The notes below the pieces were generated by a model. It was not told the origin of the DNA, ran no database searches, and was given only the letters and a program-made list of their open reading frames with translations. A stretch of 32,392 nt of DNA from Corallococcus sicarius (GTDB lineage: Bacteria > Myxococcota > Myxococcia > Myxococcales > Myxococcaceae): NCBI RefSeq assembly GCF_003611735.1, contig NZ_RAWG01000081.1, positions 1 to 32,392 of the forward strand, read 5' to 3'. Shown here one piece after another: positions 8,638-17,148 of this stretch. How positions within the stretch are numbered: the stretch's first letter is position 1; every line of letters starts with the position of its first letter. The translations under genes were made by a program, and so were the position numbers.

Positions 8638-8665
8638 GCCCAGCAACCTTGTGAGGTTGCTGGGC
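8638..8665. terminator. Stem-loop terminator (11-bp perfect stem GCCCAGCAACC/GGTTGCTGGGC, loop TTGTGA) downstream of the protease gene
   Basis: A perfect inverted repeat lies about 45 nt after the S8 protease stop on the minus strand. It is followed by an AT-rich stretch acting as promoter region for the small lipoprotein gene. Confidence 0.5.
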
Positions 8666-8710
8666 CCCTGGACTTGGACTTCCAGTCTGACGTCGCGGTG
8701 TCGGCGAGGA

Positions 8711-10705
8711 CTACCGGGTGATGTTCAGCGCGGTGTCATCAACGAAGAAGCTGGTCTTCAGCGACGAGTCCTCCGTGCCGTTGAAGTAGATGCGGACGGT
8801 CTGGCCCTTGTACGCGGCCAGGTCGAAGGTCCGCTGCACGTAGGCCGTGCCCTTGTTCAGGTTGCTGTAGGTGGCCAGCGTCGCCAGCACCGTGCCCGCG
8901 CTGTTGCGGACCTGGATGGCCAGCTTGTCGTAGGCCGTCGAGCTCGTGGTCTCCGACGTGGTGATGAGCGTCCAGAAGCTGAGCGTGGCGCTGCACGCCG
9001 TGGAGGGGATGGTGATGTCCTGGTAGGCGAACTCGGTGAGCGTGCTGCCGGCGCCGTTCAGGAAGGCCTTGTACGTGCCCGTGCGCGGCGCGCTGCCCGT
9101 CGTGGTGCCGTCGATGACGCCCGACGAGGTCGTCCAACCCGTGTTGCCGCTCTCGAAGCCCTCGTTGACCAGGAGCTGCTCGGAGATGGCGCAGCTGCCC
9201 GTGCCGTTGTTCACCGTCACCGACACCGTGCCCGACGTGCCGATGTTGTTCGCCGCGTCATACGCCTTCGTGGTCAGCGCGTAGGTGCCGTTGGCCACCG
9301 ACGTGGTGTTCCAGGCGATGCTGTACGGCGCGGCCGTCGCCGTGCCCAGCAGCGAGGTGCCCGCGTAGAACTCCACGCGCGCGACGCCCACGTTGTCGGA
9401 GGCGTTGGCGCTCACGCTCGCGGTGCCGCTCAGCGTGGAGCCGCCCACGGGCGCGGTGATGGACGTCGTGGGCGGGGTGGTGTCCGTGCCGCCGCCACCG
9501 GTGATGAAGAGCGTGTACAGCAGCTTGTTGGGCGAACCGGTCCCCGGGCTGGTGACCTTGTTCGGCGTGGAGTTGTTCACCAGCGCGTCCCGCACCTCCG
9601 CGGGCGTCGCGGAGGGGTTGGCGCCCAGGTAGAGCGCCGCGGCGCCAGCCACGTGCGGCGAGGCCATGGACGTGCCGCTCATCGAGGTGCTCGACGTGTT
9701 GCCGGAGTTCGAGGCCGAGGTGATGCTCGAGCCCGGCGCGAAGATGTCCACGCACGTCCCGTAGTTGGAGAACGACGAGCGGGCATCGCTGCTGGTGGTG
9801 GAGCCCACCGTGATGGCATTGGGCGCACGGGCCGGCGAGTAGTTGCAGGCGTTGGCGCTGTCGTTGCCAGCGGCGACGACCGTCGTGACGCCCGCGGCGA
9901 TCATCCGCTGCGTCGCATCATCGATGGCCGGGATGGCGACATCGCCCAGGCTCATGTTGGCGACCGCGGGCTTGATGTGGTTTGCCGCCACCCAGTCCAT
10001 ACCGCCGATGACCTGCGCGTCGTTTCCGTAGCCCGTGCAGTCGAGCACGCGAACGCCGTGGAGGGTGACCTTCTTCGCCACGCCCCAGGTCGTGCCGCCC
10101 ACCGTGCCCGCCACATGCGTGCCGTGGCCATGGCAGTCCGTGGGGTCGCTGTCGTTGTCGATGAGGTCGGAGCCGTTGCCGATGCGACCGGTGAACTCGG
10201 TGTGGGTCAGCCGGATACCCGTGTCGATGACGTACGCATGCACGCCGGTGCCGTCGACGTTGTAGGTGTAGGAGCTGTTGCGCGGCAGGTCACGCTGGTC
10301 GATGCGGTCGATGCCCCAGGTGGCGCTGGTCTGCGTCGCAGACAGGCGGATCACGCCGTTCTCCTGCACATACGCCACGCGGGGGTCGGACAGGAGGCGC
10401 TGGGCCTCGGCCTCGCTCATGGACGCGTGGAAGCCGTGGATGGTGTGCTGATAGGTCCGCAGCACCCTGCCCCCGTTGAGGGACACCAGCTCCTGGGCGA
10501 TGTTCGCCGCCCCCTGCTGCCGGACCTCCTGCGTGGAGTCACGCAGGACGACGATGTACTCGCCGGGGACGGCCCGCTCACGGCGGATCATCTGCGCCGT
10601 GTGACCGAACTGCTCGCCGTCGGACTCCTGCGCCTCCGGCATCGGGCCGCATGCCGCGGCCAGCAGGGAGATGGCACTCACCGCCTGGGTCAGTTTCAGT
10701 TTCAT
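8711..10705 (-). CDS. Secreted subtilisin-like serine protease (peptidase S8) with I9 propeptide, lipoprotein signal, and C-terminal Ig-like plus jelly-roll (NxGFE) domains
   Basis: The start is MKLKLTQAVSAISLLAAACG. The catalytic triad motifs are D (YVIDTGI), H (HGHGTHVAGT) and S (GTSMASPHVAG). The C-terminal module begins LLVNEGFESGNTGW, like the modules in the 6390..8009 lipoprotein. The long track ORF to 11917 is an upstream read-through, not coding. Confidence 0.85.
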   Translation of the reverse strand: MKLKLTQAVSAISLLAAACGPMPEAQESDGEQFGHTAQMIRRERAVPGEYIVVLRDSTQEVRQQGAANIAQELVSLNGGRVLRTYQHTIHGFHASMSEAEAQRLLSDPRVAYVQENGVIRLSATQTSATWGIDRIDQRDLPRNSSYTYNVDGTGVHAYVIDTGIRLTHTEFTGRIGNGSDLIDNDSDPTDCHGHGTHVAGTVGGTTWGVAKKVTLHGVRVLDCTGYGNDAQVIGGMDWVAANHIKPAVANMSLGDVAIPAIDDATQRMIAAGVTTVVAAGNDSANACNYSPARAPNAITVGSTTSSDARSSFSNYGTCVDIFAPGSSITSASNSGNTSSTSMSGTSMASPHVAGAAALYLGANPSATPAEVRDALVNNSTPNKVTSPGTGSPNKLLYTLFITGGGGTDTTPPTTSITAPVGGSTLSGTASVSANASDNVGVARVEFYAGTSLLGTATAAPYSIAWNTTSVANGTYALTTKAYDAANNIGTSGTVSVTVNNGTGSCAISEQLLVNEGFESGNTGWTTSSGVIDGTTTGSAPRTGTYKAFLNGAGSTLTEFAYQDITIPSTACSATLSFWTLITTSETTSSTAYDKLAIQVRNSAGTVLATLATYSNLNKGTAYVQRTFDLAAYKGQTVRIYFNGTEDSSLKTSFFVDDTALNITR

Positions 10706-10882
10706 TCGGCCTCTCAGGGAACGTGCGGGCACCGGGTCGGAAGCCCTCGCACAGCCCGTGGAATTAGCTTTTCTTGCTAGCGCGGTCAACCCGGCTTTCA
10801 TGGGGAAGCCCGCATGGGCCTCCGGGTTCACATTTCGCGGTGTGACGCCGGGGGACGAAGCCCGGCGGATAGACTTGAGGCC

Positions 10883-11935
10883 GTGAGCCACTTCCCGACC
10901 GCCCTCCCCTCCGTTGAAGCCATTGCCCTGCGCGGAGGCCCGGTGCTGCGTTGGGGCGTGCTCGCGCCCGGACGGATCGCGGGAGGCTTCGTCTGGGCCC
11001 TGCATCAGCACACCGACCAGCGCGTCCACGCGGTCGCCTCGCGGGATCCCGAGCGCGCGCAGCGCTTCGCCGCCACCTACGGCATCCCACACGTCCACGG
11101 GTCCTACGAGCAGCTCGTCGCCGACCCGCACGTCGACATCGTCTACGTGGCGTCTCCGCACAGCGAGCACAAGCGACAGGCCCTGCTCGCCATCGCGGCC
11201 GGCAAGCACGTCCTCGTGGAGAAGCCCCTGGCGCTCGACGCTGGCGAGGCCCGGGAGATTGCCCGGGCCGCTCGCGCCGCGGGCGTCTTCGCGATGGAGG
11301 CCCTGTGGTCGCGCTTCCTCCCGCAGACGCTGATCATCGAACGGCTGCTGCGCGACGGCGTGCTCGGAGACCTCCGGCTCGTCACGGCGGACTTCGGTGG
11401 CCGCTTCGAGTTCGATCCCGAAGGCCGCATCTTCAACCCCGCGCTCGGCGGCGGAGCCCTGCTGGACCTCGGCATCTATCCCATCTGGCTTGCGCACTTC
11501 GCGCTCGGCCCGCCTCCGCGGGTGCACGCCACGGGCTCGCTCGCCGAGACGGGCGTGGACGGCCAGGCGGCGCTCATCCTCACCTACGCCACGGGCGCCC
11601 AGGCGCTGCTGCACACCACCCTCTTCGCCGAGACGCCCCAGGAGGCGGTCATCGCGGGCACGCACGCGCGCCTCCAGCTCGACTCGCGCTTCTTCACGCC
11701 CGGCGGCTTCACGTTGAAGGCCGCGAGGTCGGAGCAGCGGCTGCGTTGGGCCGACCCGTCCGGCATCCACGGCAGCGAGGGCCTCGCCTACCAGGCCGCC
11801 GCGGTCGCACGACACATCGGCGAGGGCCAGACGGAGTCGCCGTTGCATCCGCTCGAGCACAGCATCGCCTTGCTCGAGACCATCGACGCGGCGCGCGGGC
11901 AACTTGGCGCCACCCACTGGAGGGACCGCGAATGA
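10883..11935 (+). CDS. Gfo/Idh/MocA-family NAD(P)-dependent oxidoreductase
   Basis: The N-terminal Rossmann segment reads LRWGVLAPGRIAGGFVWAL. EKP and other typical GFO_IDH_MocA features are present (VLVEKPLALD). The start could instead be the ATG at 10814. Confidence 0.7.
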   Translation: MSHFPTALPSVEAIALRGGPVLRWGVLAPGRIAGGFVWALHQHTDQRVHAVASRDPERAQRFAATYGIPHVHGSYEQLVADPHVDIVYVASPHSEHKRQALLAIAAGKHVLVEKPLALDAGEAREIARAARAAGVFAMEALWSRFLPQTLIIERLLRDGVLGDLRLVTADFGGRFEFDPEGRIFNPALGGGALLDLGIYPIWLAHFALGPPPRVHATGSLAETGVDGQAALILTYATGAQALLHTTLFAETPQEAVIAGTHARLQLDSRFFTPGGFTLKAARSEQRLRWADPSGIHGSEGLAYQAAAVARHIGEGQTESPLHPLEHSIALLETIDAARGQLGATHWRDRE

Positions 11936-13131
11936 GATACCTCCTGCTGCTCCTGATCCCCCTGCTTTCGAGCTGTGCCTCGCCCTCCAAAGGCGCGGTG
12001 GTACAGGAGCCCGTGGCGGTCTCCGATGAAGACCGGATTGTTCGTGACCTCTGCGACAAGAGGCTTGCGCTGCTGGGCGAGGAAGGCCACCACGGCAATG
12101 CCAGGACCATCGCCTTCAAGGCAGCACTGATCCGCAGGCTCGTGGAGGAGTGCCACTACGATGCCTTCTTCATCGAGACAGGCGCCTATGACTTCCTCCA
12201 CCTCCAAGCGCAGCTGAAGGCGGGCCAGCCCGTCAGCGAGGCCCAGGTCACGGCTGGGATTGGCGGGATGTGGGCGAATCAGGAGATGGCGCCCCTGATT
12301 CCATTCCTGACCGAGCGGCTCAACGCGGGAACCCTCGTCGCCGGTGCGATCGATGATCAGCTCAACAGGAGCACCTACGCACAGACGCAGATGCCGCGTG
12401 AGCTCATCCCCTACCTGGACGGCCCGAGGCAGGCCGAGTGCGGACCGGAGATCGAGCGGAACATGACATGGCAGTACGACGAAGCCCACCCGTTCACGGT
12501 GGAGACCGCGAAGCGCATCCTGGGCTGTTGGAAGGAGCTGGCGGCTTCGCCACTGGGAACTCCGGAGCAGTTGCAGATGGTCCGCAACCTGGAACGGAGC
12601 TTCACCCGGAAGGTCGCCATGATGTCCCGGCCTCCGACGCCGTCCGGAGCAACCTGGACCCTGGATGACGACAACGCGCGGGAGCGCTCCATGTTCATGA
12701 ATCTGGAGTGGCTCCTGTCCCAATCACCCAGGCCCCGGAAGGCCATTGTCTGGCTTGCCACCCTCCATGCAGCCAAAGACCTCAAGGGCCTGGGTACGAA
12801 CAGGCAACACCCGACGACCTTCGGTTCCTATGTCCAGGAGAAGTTCGGGGCGCAGGCCTTCGTGCTTGGCTTTTCCGCGCTCTCCGGAAGCTATTTCACG
12901 GGCATGGACGGTCGCGCCAGGGTCATCCCGCCCGCGCTGGCAGACTCCCTGGAGGGCCTGGCGTTCTCAGGCCACACCGGGGACACCCGGTATCTGGATG
13001 CGAGCCAGCTTCGTGCGTTCGGGCCCAAGAAGGCCCGTCCCTTCGACTACGTGTGGATCGAGGGCCCCTGGGCAACGGTCATGGATGGGCTGCTGATCTT
13101 CCGGGAAGAAGCGCCCCCGCGCCCCCTCTGA
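11932..13131 (+). CDS. Lipoprotein of the erythromycin-esterase / ChaN-Tiki-TraB-like superfamily (putative hydrolase)
   Basis: An ATGA overlap joins it to the upstream oxidoreductase. The lipoprotein signal is MRYLLLLLIPLLSSC. LLGEEGHHGNARTIAFKAALIRRLVEECHYDAFFIETG resembles the GExxHG motif region of Ere-family esterases. Confidence 0.5.
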   Translation: MRYLLLLLIPLLSSCASPSKGAVVQEPVAVSDEDRIVRDLCDKRLALLGEEGHHGNARTIAFKAALIRRLVEECHYDAFFIETGAYDFLHLQAQLKAGQPVSEAQVTAGIGGMWANQEMAPLIPFLTERLNAGTLVAGAIDDQLNRSTYAQTQMPRELIPYLDGPRQAECGPEIERNMTWQYDEAHPFTVETAKRILGCWKELAASPLGTPEQLQMVRNLERSFTRKVAMMSRPPTPSGATWTLDDDNARERSMFMNLEWLLSQSPRPRKAIVWLATLHAAKDLKGLGTNRQHPTTFGSYVQEKFGAQAFVLGFSALSGSYFTGMDGRARVIPPALADSLEGLAFSGHTGDTRYLDASQLRAFGPKKARPFDYVWIEGPWATVMDGLLIFREEAPPRPL

Positions 13132-13145
13132 ACCGACAGCCGCTG

Positions 13146-13976
13146 CTAGTAGCCGACGTAGCCGGTGCCGCTGTTGAGGTTCTTGATGCCCGGGACGTTG
13201 GACACCGAGCCGTAGCGGTCCACCGCGTAGCGCACGGCCGCGGCGATGTTGTCCACCGGGTTGCGGATGTCGTCGTGGCCGGGGAGCTTGTGCGCGTCGA
13301 ACGTCGGCTGGATGGTCTGCATCAGGCCGATGGACGGGGTGCCCTTCTTCGCGTTGTCGTCCGTGAGGTTGATGGCGCTGGGGTTGCCGCTGGACTCGTG
13401 CTCGATGATGCGGGCGATGTCCTGCGCGTTCATCTTGTCGGCCGGGATGCCCGCGGCGGCGAGCAGCTTCTGCGCCTGCTTGATCCAGTCACCCACCTGG
13501 CCCTGAGGAGCCGGACCCGTAGAGCCGGCCGCATCGGCGGCCCCGGCCTGGTACGAATCACCCGCGCTCGACGGGCCGCCCGCGCTCGCCGCGCCTTCCG
13601 CGCTCGGAGCACCTTCCGCGCCCGACGAAGCCTCGACGCCCTCCTCGCCGCCCAGGGAGGGCGCTTCACCGATGCCGTTGGCCTGGAGCATCTCGGTGAG
13701 CTGCTCCAGCTCCTTCACCATCTCGTTGAGGCCCTCCATGAACTTCTTGAACTGCGCCCCCTGCTGGGGGCCCGCGCTGAAGCCATCCTGCTGGAGCTGA
13801 GCCGCCACGTTCGACTGGGGCTTGCAGCCACCGGCCCGGATGCTCGGGGCGGACAGGCCTTCAGGCCGCGAAGCAATGTCCTGCGTGGGGCGGCGGATGG
13901 TGGCGGAGTGGTTGGACAGGGGCGAGAGGGCCATGGGATTTCCTCGGGAGAGTGAAGGGGACTGCATGACCAACAC
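13146..13976 (-). CDS. Lytic transglycosylase (SLT-domain) protein: N-terminal disordered Gly/Ala/Ser-rich region, C-terminal SLT domain, no signal peptide
   Basis: SLT catalytic motifs are IEHESSGNPSAIN ... GLMQTIQPTF ... AAAVRYAVDRYG. The first 150 aa are low-complexity and no hydrophobic signal sequence is present. The start is uncertain; MALSPL near 13934 is plausible. Confidence 0.65.
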   Translation of the reverse strand: MLVMQSPSLSRGNPMALSPLSNHSATIRRPTQDIASRPEGLSAPSIRAGGCKPQSNVAAQLQQDGFSAGPQQGAQFKKFMEGLNEMVKELEQLTEMLQANGIGEAPSLGGEEGVEASSGAEGAPSAEGAASAGGPSSAGDSYQAGAADAAGSTGPAPQGQVGDWIKQAQKLLAAAGIPADKMNAQDIARIIEHESSGNPSAINLTDDNAKKGTPSIGLMQTIQPTFDAHKLPGHDDIRNPVDNIAAAVRYAVDRYGSVSNVPGIKNLNSGTGYVGY

Positions 13977-14171
13977 CTACAGCAGGAGACATGCCAACCC
14001 TGCGGCGGGCGCCCGTCGCAACCCAAGTGCCTGATATCCCTGAGGTGAACCTCCGCCTGGCCTCGAAGCACGCGGCGCGGCGGCGCAAACCGGGCTCCCT
14101 TCCCTGATGACTCGAGTCATCGCCCGCTGACCGCGGTCACCAGCAGCCTTTGGCGACCGTGACCGGCTCGG

Positions 14172-14215
14172 CGTTCTCTGGGCCCGGGGGGCCCCGGGGG
14201 CCCCGGGGGCCCATG
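14172..14215. repeat. GC-only palindromic run (GGGCCC/GGGGGCCCC)n in the intergenic space between two minus-strand hydrolase genes; hairpin-forming, possible terminator
   Basis: ctgggcccggggggccccgggggccccgggggccc is self-complementary. It lies about 75 nt downstream of the stop of the 14288..15907 gene. Confidence 0.3.
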
Positions 14216-14287
14216 AAGAAAGCCCGGTCGGCCCCCTGAGAAGGAGGGCCGCCGGGCCGGTTCTTCACGTGTGGGAGGCTGAGGCGA

Positions 14288-15907
14288 CTACCCGTTGCGG
14301 CGCACCATCGCGACGTCGAAGCGGCGGTCCGTCACGTAGCCCTCGGCGGACTTGCCGGGGCGGGTCATCCCGCCCGTCTTCTCGTCCACGTAGAAGCGGT
14401 TGTTGGGGTTGGTGTCCTTGCCCTTGCTGGCGTTGGTCGTCCCCGGGTCGTGGAACGTGTAGTAGGTGCGGCCCTTGTCGTCCACGCCACGGCCCGTGAT
14501 GGTCACGAAGTGATCCGTGAGCCCGTCCGCGTTGTACGACGCGTCCTTGTGGCTGACGCCCACCACCACCGGCTTGCCGGCGTTGAGCTGCTGGTCGATG
14601 TAGTTGCGGCCCTCGGCGGCCTTCTTGGAGTTCACCGACAGCTGGCCCGTGCTGTTCTCGCTCGTGCCCACCTGGATGCGCTTGTCCGGGCCCGTGACGT
14701 TCGCGCCGACCTTGCCCGCCATCGCCTTCGCGGCGTCGAAGCACGCGGTCTTGCTCGGGGTGAAGCCGTGGCCCCCCTCGAACTGGCTGTAGTACGGCAC
14801 CTTCACGTGGACCGCGGGGCCCGACTTGGAGGGCGCCACGTTCTGCGTGTCATTGAGGTCCACTTCCGTGGTGGGCTTCTGCGAGTTGGCGCCCGACGTG
14901 GAGCCGGAGTTGCTCGTGGACGGCTTCGTGCCACCCGTCGTGTTGCTCGTGGCCGGCTTCGTGCCACCCGTCGTGGTGCTCGGGGTCGTGGTGCCGCCCG
15001 CCTTCTCGTTCTTGAGCAGCGCGAGCGCGTCCTTCGACTCGTTCTTGAAGCGGTTGGCCACGCCCTCCTGCATGCTCTTGGAGCTGCTGGAGAAGTGCAC
15101 CAGGTTGCCGCTCGAGTTCGTGCGGCCGCGCTCGGCGTAGATGTCCTTGATGAGCTGCTCGTCGCTCACCTTGGCGGGATCGCGGCCGGCCAGCGCCTTC
15201 TTGAAGATGTCATCCGCCTTGCCCGGCCCGTGCTGCACGGACGTGGACCAGGCCACATCGCGCAGCGCCGCGGAGCGCGTGTTCAGGTCGATGCCCGTCG
15301 CCTTCTTGATGTTCGCGGCGCCCGGCTCGTAGTGCGTGGCCTGGATGTAGTCGTGCTGCGCCTTGTCGAAGCCCTTGGGGTCCTTCGCCGCGAGCTGCTT
15401 CCACGCGTTGGAGAACGCCTCCGAGCCCGGCTTGCTGCCCGACAGCGCCGAGTGGTACTCGGGGTGGCTCTTCTTCAGCGAGTTCACGAACGACTGCGCG
15501 GACCCGTTCGCGGACGCGAACTGGTAGGAGCCGTAGGACACGCCACCGTGGTCGCCCTTGCCCGTGGACACCGTGCCGGGACCGCGCGCCTCGTACTTGC
15601 GGCTCAGCCCGCCCAGCTCACCGCCGCCCGCGGGCGCCGTCGTCTGCTTCGTGGTGTCCGTCGCCTTCGTCCCGCCCGTGTTGGACGTCGCCGGCTTGGA
15701 GGTGGTGCTGGTGGCCGGCTTCGTGCTCGTGCCGCGCGCGGGCTTCGTGTCGAAGCCGTCCGGGATGCGCAGCGTCTGGCCCGCGCGGATGCGGTCCGGG
15801 TCCTTGATGTTGTTGGCCTTCACCAGCGCCTTCACCGTCGTGTCGTTGCGCTTGGCGATCGCGGAGAGGGTGTCGCCCGAACGGACGCGGAGGCTGGAGA
15901 CGGTCAT
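14288..15907 (-). CDS. Multidomain peptidoglycan-targeting protein: N-terminal LysM, Thr/Ser/Lys/Gly-rich linkers, central conserved domain of unknown identity, C-terminal C39-like (papain-fold) peptidase; no signal peptide
   Basis: The LysM domain is VRSGDTLSAIAKRNDTTVKALVKANNIKDPDRIRAGQTLRIP, placed right at the N-terminus. The C-terminal domain reads VPYYSQFEGGHGFTPSKTACFDAAKAM ... DHFVTITG, with Cys and His consistent with the Peptidase_C39_2 type. The central domain reads GDHGGVSYGSYQFASANGSAQSFVNSL... Confidence 0.65.
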   Translation of the reverse strand: MTVSSLRVRSGDTLSAIAKRNDTTVKALVKANNIKDPDRIRAGQTLRIPDGFDTKPARGTSTKPATSTTSKPATSNTGGTKATDTTKQTTAPAGGGELGGLSRKYEARGPGTVSTGKGDHGGVSYGSYQFASANGSAQSFVNSLKKSHPEYHSALSGSKPGSEAFSNAWKQLAAKDPKGFDKAQHDYIQATHYEPGAANIKKATGIDLNTRSAALRDVAWSTSVQHGPGKADDIFKKALAGRDPAKVSDEQLIKDIYAERGRTNSSGNLVHFSSSSKSMQEGVANRFKNESKDALALLKNEKAGGTTTPSTTTGGTKPATSNTTGGTKPSTSNSGSTSGANSQKPTTEVDLNDTQNVAPSKSGPAVHVKVPYYSQFEGGHGFTPSKTACFDAAKAMAGKVGANVTGPDKRIQVGTSENSTGQLSVNSKKAAEGRNYIDQQLNAGKPVVVGVSHKDASYNADGLTDHFVTITGRGVDDKGRTYYTFHDPGTTNASKGKDTNPNNRFYVDEKTGGMTRPGKSAEGYVTDRRFDVAMVRRNG

Positions 15908-16100
15908 GGAGGAACCTTCATGTCAGGCCGCGAACACAGGGGTCGCGGACGTGATTGGATATTTGCGGTGATTATCGTCGGGCAGTGCAGGCAGTTTCCC
16001 ATTCTCAGTCACAATCATGTCAAACCAGTGATTCCAGCAACTTCAGTTTCAGCGGATAAATCCACCGATACTGAAGAAACCGACCAGGAGACCTACCCGG

Positions 16101-17144
16101 ATGCGCAAAATCCAACCCAAATTCAAAAATGTGTCAATGCTGCTCGCCCTGGGCCTTGCAGCTGCGGTCTCGAATGCCTCAGCGCAGGGGTCTGACGGAC
16201 TCACGGGTCTTTATTCCAAGGACGGCGGCGCACTGGCCATCGTCGAGGGAAGCAACGAGACGCTGATCCACTACTCGGCCGGTTTTCCGCAGGGCGACAG
16301 TGTGGGCACGTGTGACTGCGCGCTCGTCGTGCAACGCAAGACGCCCACGCGCTGGACGCTGAACGTGGCCGGAGAGAAGGAGCCCTGGACGCTGCGCGTC
16401 GAACCCCAGCGGCTGGTGCTGGAGACGAAGGCGCCCACCTGCTGTGGCGCGGGCTACCCGGGCAAGGACTCCTTCACGCGGGGCACGCCCCAGCCGCTGA
16501 CCATCTGCAAGGTGAAGGCGTCCAAGGCGGGCTTCTTCGCGTCGGACGCGGCCAACACGCCCCGCAAGACGTTCGTGGTGTCGGGCGACGCGGTGGAGGT
16601 CTACCTGGATCCGGTGGAGCCGGACCTCATCCCCGCGCGCTTCCAGGGGCCCCAGAAGGCCACTGCCGGGCTGATCAAGCGCGCGGACCTGGACTGCGCG
16701 GCGGATACCGCCCCCTCCAAGGCGCCCCAGACGGCGCAGGCGCCCATCGCGGCCGACAAGCTCCAGCCCTTCGCGGGCACCTGGGTGGAGTTGACGCGCA
16801 AGGGCAAGGGCTTCGTCATCCTCAAGCCCTGCTCGGCCCAGAACCGCAGCTTCACCGTCAAGCCCGCGACGGGCGAGGTGGTGGTGCAGTTGGGGCAGGA
16901 GGCGACGACGCTGAAGGTGACGTCACTGGAGCCCGGCAAGGGCGCCGGGGCCTGGGTGCTGGGGCTCACGTCCGCGGCGGGCAAGCCGGAGGCGCTCCAG
17001 TGGAAGACGGCCGACGCGGCGAAGGGCACCGTGTCGGTGACGAGCCCGGACCTCTTCTCCCAGAGCCATGACTACGTGCGCCAGGAGAAGCAGTCCGCGT
17101 TCCCGGTGAAGCAGGAGACCGGCTGCGACGAGTACGAGCAGTAG
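16101..17144 (+). CDS. Secreted hypothetical protein with signal peptide and several paired Cys residues
   Basis: The signal peptide is MLLALGLAAAVSNASAQG, with an alternative start at 16137. It is divergent from the LysM-peptidase gene across an AT-richer 190-bp promoter region. I recognise no family. Confidence 0.5.
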   Translation: MRKIQPKFKNVSMLLALGLAAAVSNASAQGSDGLTGLYSKDGGALAIVEGSNETLIHYSAGFPQGDSVGTCDCALVVQRKTPTRWTLNVAGEKEPWTLRVEPQRLVLETKAPTCCGAGYPGKDSFTRGTPQPLTICKVKASKAGFFASDAANTPRKTFVVSGDAVEVYLDPVEPDLIPARFQGPQKATAGLIKRADLDCAADTAPSKAPQTAQAPIAADKLQPFAGTWVELTRKGKGFVILKPCSAQNRSFTVKPATGEVVVQLGQEATTLKVTSLEPGKGAGAWVLGLTSAAGKPEALQWKTADAAKGTVSVTSPDLFSQSHDYVRQEKQSAFPVKQETGCDEYEQ

Positions 17145-17148
17145 CGAC

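Noticed and set aside
8651-10780. 709-aa + strand ORF
   Set aside because: It is antisense to the S8 protease, which has clear catalytic motifs. Its composition is dominated by R/G/A/V.
10706-11917. Upstream extension of the protease ORF to 1068 aa
   Set aside because: The sequence before MKLKL is Arg/Gly-rich and overlaps the + strand Gfo/Idh/MocA gene. A lipoprotein signal marks the true start.
14172-14215. G/C repeat considered as a CRISPR or other repeat array
   Set aside because: It is a single short palindromic homopolymeric tract with no spacer-repeat periodicity. No CRISPR array is present in the window.
14450-16195. 581-aa + strand ORF
   Set aside because: It is antisense to the LysM/C39 gene, with Arg/Ala/Gly/Leu-rich composition and no motifs.
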